Source: an uncultured delta proteobacterium
GTDB taxonomy: Bacteria; Desulfobacterota; BSN033; UBA1163
Assembly: GCA_963827685.1 (NCBI GenBank)
Contig: CAWHBU010000004.1
Coordinates: 416,001 to 480,000, forward strand
Length of the DNA stretch: 64,000 nucleotides
Direction of reading: 5' to 3'
The position numbers and the translations under genes are program-made. Position 1 is the stretch's first letter. Each line of letters opens with the position of its first letter. Below are positions 60,313-64,000 of this stretch, in pieces. The notes beneath the pieces are model-generated. The model worked only from the letters and a program-made list of their open reading frames with translations. It had not been told where the DNA came from and searched no databases.

Positions 60313-61170
60313 TTGTCTGTGGATGAGAGGGAAACGTTAGGAAGCTATCTTAAAAATCAGCGGGAATCCAAGAAGATTTCTCTGAGAGAAGTGACAAAAA
60401 ATACAAGGGTGAGGGAATACATCCTCAGGGCCATCGAAGAGGACCGACATGATCTTCTTCCTGCGGCGACCTATGTGAAAGGATTTCTTTTAGCCTATGC
60501 CAAATATCTCAGGCTCGATCGCAATGATGTCCTTCTCCGTTATGAAAGAGTTTTGAAAGGAGAACCTGCTCCCCCGCCAGCCCCTCCTCCCCCCAAACCC
60601 AAAAAGAAGATTTCGTGGAATACCAAGCAGATCTGGGTGGTCGGCGGGGTCATCGCGGCAAGCTTTATTGTCTTTTATTTCTTCTCCCCCTACTCTTTTA
60701 AACCTGCCGTTGAACCCATTCCTGAAAAACCTGTTCCCGGAAGACCTATCGTCGAAGGAGAACCTTCCATCGCTCCTTCTCCTCCTGTGACTGCGACAAC
60801 CGGTGCGCCAGAAGAAAAACCCGTTGTCGAAGAGAAGAAGCCTCTCGCTCCTTCTCCTCCCGTACCGGCAACCACTTCTGTTCAGGAAAAAAAGGCCTTC
60901 TCCCTCCAGCTTAAAGCAGTCGAGGAGACATGGGTGAGGCTTCAGGTGGAGGGTCAATCGGAAAAGGAGATGACCTTCAAGCGAGGAGACGGTATTTCCG
61001 TTCTGGCATCGAATCGGATTCGGATGATCATTGGAAATGCAGGTGGCCTCAACCTGATCTGGAATGGGAAATTGTTGGATAAATTTGGAAAGTCAGGGGA
61101 AGTGATCACTCTCGTCATCACCTCCCAAGGGGTAGAGGTAACACGGCCGGAACCTCCAAAATCCCCCTAA
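60313..61170 (+). CDS. rodZ: RodZ-like protein (HTH, TM, DUF4115)
   Basis: LGSYLKNQRE...YVKGFLLAYAKYL, TM, IGNAGG. Confidence 0.85.
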   Translation: MSVDERETLGSYLKNQRESKKISLREVTKNTRVREYILRAIEEDRHDLLPAATYVKGFLLAYAKYLRLDRNDVLLRYERVLKGEPAPPPAPPPPKPKKKISWNTKQIWVVGGVIAASFIVFYFFSPYSFKPAVEPIPEKPVPGRPIVEGEPSIAPSPPVTATTGAPEEKPVVEEKKPLAPSPPVPATTSVQEKKAFSLQLKAVEETWVRLQVEGQSEKEMTFKRGDGISVLASNRIRMIIGNAGGLNLIWNGKLLDKFGKSGEVITLVITSQGVEVTRPEPPKSP

Positions 61171-61321
61171 GAAGCGAAAGGTCAAACGAGGTTCATATTC
61201 CTTTCAAATTCCAAAAAATAGATTTTAAGCTCTTTGAATGTTGACATTTGAAATCTAATTTTTAACTTTTTTCGAGAGGGTGATATCAAAGAATGACTCA
61301 TCCAGAAGGATAGAGAAGATC

Positions 61322-61813
61322 ATGGTTCGGCACCACGATGAAGAGGAAAGAGAAAAGATTTCCTGGAGAGAAATTGATCGGAGAAGAGACCGCAGTCCCT
61401 ATGCTCCCAAAGAAACTCCCGGGGATCGAGAAAGATCCCGTCGTTCCGAATGGGTGATGAGAAAATATCGAAAGGAGGCTGATAAACTTTTCATGGGGAA
61501 AAAAGGAACCAAGAAACATCAAAAGGCCCATCACGACATCGATCGTTATCACGGCACAGATCAGTTTGAAACAACGGTCAAGGCCTATTTAGATCAATAC
61601 GGTCTGCCGGATGACTGGAGCACACTCACCCTTCTACTGGATTATTCAGATTCCGAGAAGGTTCTACAGGTGCTCGCTGCCATGAAGGATCTCTATGAAA
61701 CGAGAAGTCCGATTGAGAAGCAGGGCTTCAAAGCCAAGGTGGACATCTTAGCGATGACCGCCAGTGACAGCGATCTAAGAGATTTTGCGGAAGAGATGCT
61801 CAAAACCTTATAG
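61322..61813 (+). CDS. Conserved hypothetical protein
   Basis: Long ORF with SWREIDRRRD and GLPDDW; function unknown, start uncertain. Confidence 0.7.
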   Translation: MVRHHDEEEREKISWREIDRRRDRSPYAPKETPGDRERSRRSEWVMRKYRKEADKLFMGKKGTKKHQKAHHDIDRYHGTDQFETTVKAYLDQYGLPDDWSTLTLLLDYSDSEKVLQVLAAMKDLYETRSPIEKQGFKAKVDILAMTASDSDLRDFAEEMLKTL

Positions 61814-62113
61814 GCTCAAACGCATTATTTAAAAAACCGTTCCACGTGTCCGTTGTCCGTGTCCGCAAATCAGCCAATACGGCACTTAATTGAAATAGCC
61901 CGTTGGTGTTACAAATAGTATTGTTTCATTCAATGGTTTTCTTTGGACCTTGGAATGTTTTCTTTGCAGGTGTTTTCTTTAGAGGTTTTTGAAGAAGGAC
62001 GCTATGCCGTTTTTGACGCAATCGTTCAAACCGTTTGATCTCTCCGTATTTGCCGAATCGTCCGCCTCTTCCCATGTGGGGCAAACCGCACTCTTCGTTA
62101 TGAGCCCTCCGAT

Positions 62114-62524
62114 TTACGAAAGGGAAGGCTGAAGGCTTCGACGTTTTGATGGAAGAGCGTTCTTAATATACGCATCCAGAAGACTCTCGAGCTGATTCTT
62201 ATCCCATCCCGTGTAGGTCTCTTTCCCTTCCACAATGAAGGTAGGGTAGGTTCGGATCCGATGACGCAGGGATTTATAGATTCCGAGAGGCGATTGGGCA
62301 TCGATCAGCTTAATGAGGAGGCGATGCTTATAGAGCCGGTTTAATTCTCGAATCCAGTCTGAAAGTTTCGTATACTCCTCTTTTAAATCCGGAGGATACT
62401 CATCTATCTCTTCTTGATGAAACTTCTGATCAAGCCCTGCCTGGTCAAAGAGGATTTTGCAACGGCGGCACTCCCCCCAGGCGGTGAGCACTTTTGTGAC
62501 GATTTCCAATAGAATGGGTTTCAT
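62114..62524 (-). CDS. Hypothetical thioredoxin-like protein
   Basis: ECRRC near the N-terminus; YPTFIVEG cis-Pro-like motif. Confidence 0.7.
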   Translation of the reverse strand: MKPILLEIVTKVLTAWGECRRCKILFDQAGLDQKFHQEEIDEYPPDLKEEYTKLSDWIRELNRLYKHRLLIKLIDAQSPLGIYKSLRHRIRTYPTFIVEGKETYTGWDKNQLESLLDAYIKNALPSKRRSLQPSLS

Positions 62525-62670
62525 GATGGTTCTTCCAACCTCAATATATAATAATAACCCAATGATCTATGAGATTTCAAACGGGAGATTTCAAATGGAC
62601 CATTTCAAACGGAGGGAGGCCGCTTCCCTTCTCCCCCAAAATAGAAATTGAAAAAGACAAACCCCAAAAA

Positions 62671-62909
62671 CTCCCCTCCCCTCGGTTTCGAGTCGCAACG
62701 ACTGGCGGGAGGGGATTAAGGGGAGGGGGATAAAAAAGGTGATAATGCACCCTTACCGCGCCGTCGCCAAAGCGGCCTGCCTGCACGACCTGCTCGCCGA
62801 AGAAGTTCTCCGGCACACGAGAGCTTTTCGGCGAAGGCAGGCTATGGCGCGTCGGCGACCCAACCCTCTCCCCTGCCTACCGGCAGGCAGGCATCAAGGA
62901 AGAGGGGGA
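62671..62909. repeat. Multi-level nested palindromic repeat
   Basis: Outer C/G-rich REP like 43224..43311, interrupted by several smaller palindromes including CCTGCCTACCGGCAGGCAGG (62872-62891). Confidence 0.7.
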
Positions 62910-63029
62910 CTGGATCGAGTCAATGTCTATTTTTCGGTCTCATGGATGAATGAATTGACAGGCTGTTTGATAAGGTGTAAGTTTTTTGTGATCAACGCTT
63001 TTTGGACTTCATCTCTGTCGGCTCCGAAA

Positions 63030-63139
63030 AAATGAAGCTCCCCGCCCGCAGGGCGGAGCTTCCCGGCATTGTAATATCATTCATATTGTGCCCCTTGACC
63101 CCGCCTGCAAGGCGAGGCTTACGGGGCACGTTCCGGTCA
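63030..63139 (-). repeat. About 110-bp palindromic mini-element, copy 2 (intergenic)
   Basis: Reverse complement aligns with 28293..28403. Confidence 0.85.
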
Positions 63140-63177
63140 AGAAGGGTGGAACGGAAATTTCCTTCTCAGTGAAAGCC

Positions 63178-64000
63178 ATGGCCCATGCCGTCCTGGAAAA
63201 AGATTCATCCATCCAATTTCCACATGTTACACTCTTGAAGGCTTCTGCAGGTTCTGGAAAGACCTACTCCCTCACGGAGAGATTCGTCCAGTTCCTCCTG
63301 TCCGGTAAAATTCCCCAAAACCATCTCAGAAATATTCTCGCCATTACCTTTTCAAATAACGCTGCGAAGGAAATGAAAGAGCGGATCCTCTCCTGGCTCA
63401 AGGACCTCTATTTCAAGGACCCCGAAAAGATCGAAAAGCTCTCTGAAATTGTTTCCTTAAAAAAAGAAGACCTCCCGAACAAAGCCGAGGTGACGATCGA
63501 CGAAATTCTAAGAAACTACACCGAGTTCCAGGTGAAGACGATTGACAGTTTCATGACCTCTATCTACAAGGCCTCGGCGATCAATCTCGGATATAGCCCT
63601 GACTTTGACGTGGTCATGGTCCCGGAGAACATCATGGCCTATGCCTTCAATCGATTTCTGCGGGGAGTCCGGGAAAAAACTCCAGAGGCTGAATTCCTTG
63701 AGAAACTCCTGGAGATCATCCTTGAGAGCAGGGGAGGGGAGTCTGCCTATCTCTGGGATCCCTCGAAGGATTTTCTTGAAGAGACAGAGGAGCTTTACGA
63801 TAAGCTCTCCGGTATCGTCAAAGGAGCAAAGATCGTCGATGTCGAAAAGAAGATCGAATCCATCAAGAAAGAGATTCGGGATGCGGCGGAGGGCCTGAAT
63901 GGTTTGATTGGAAAATCGGGTCTTACCAAAAACAAAGGAAGTTCATTTACCAAAATTTTGGAGACGGCAAGAAGCGGTAACTTCCCCGATCTCGTTGATA
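63178..64000 (+). CDS. UvrD/AddA(RecB)-like helicase, 5' part (runs off window; not in ORF track)
   Basis: LKASAGSGKTY, ILAITFSNNAAKEMKERI, VKTIDSF. Confidence 0.9.
   Translation, partial: MAHAVLEKDSSIQFPHVTLLKASAGSGKTYSLTERFVQFLLSGKIPQNHLRNILAITFSNNAAKEMKERILSWLKDLYFKDPEKIEKLSEIVSLKKEDLPNKAEVTIDEILRNYTEFQVKTIDSFMTSIYKASAINLGYSPDFDVVMVPENIMAYAFNRFLRGVREKTPEAEFLEKLLEIILESRGGESAYLWDPSKDFLEETEELYDKLSGIVKGAKIVDVEKKIESIKKEIRDAAEGLNGLIGKSGLTKNKGSSFTKILETARSGNFPDLVD

Noticed and set aside
62075-62112. GGCAAACC suggesting a c-di-GMP-I riboswitch
   Set aside because: Lacks the following GAAA-loop stem and GACGCAAAGC segment, and lies between convergent gene ends.

Overview
Bacterial chromosomal window, probably from a deltaproteobacterium/Desulfobacterota (inferred from the ccsB-hemA-hemC-hemD and mreBCD-mrdA-rodA-lon-era-rodZ gene order). 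Bases 1-35 kb are a mosaic stress and carbohydrate accessory region. It opens with an IS3 right end that interrupts a GNAT gene, followed by USP/CBS/site-2 protease genes and gnd-zwf. A GC-richer block comes next (pgm-glgP-malQ-ackA-phosphoketolase-H+ P-type ATPase), strewn with deletion remnants (zwf, tal, glgX, S2P, permease). After it lie small envelope/redox genes, including a probable selenoprotein (in-frame UGA plus SECIS-like hairpin), and a nagA gene carrying an in-frame palindromic mini-element. Bases 36.4-41.6 kb are an AT-richer defence insert with integron-cassette signatures (attC-like sites, no integrase), encoding a HEPN-motif protein, a fused restriction-modification enzyme and an FRG-domain protein. 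Bases 41.7-64 kb are housekeeping genes (heme synthesis, a B12 radical SAM enzyme, the elongasome operon behind a consensus sigma54 promoter, ssb, lon, era, rodZ, an AddA/UvrD-like helicase). They include one intact DDE insertion sequence and several nested palindromic repeats. No rRNA, tRNA or CRISPR array was seen. All calls come from reading motifs by eye; no database searches were run.
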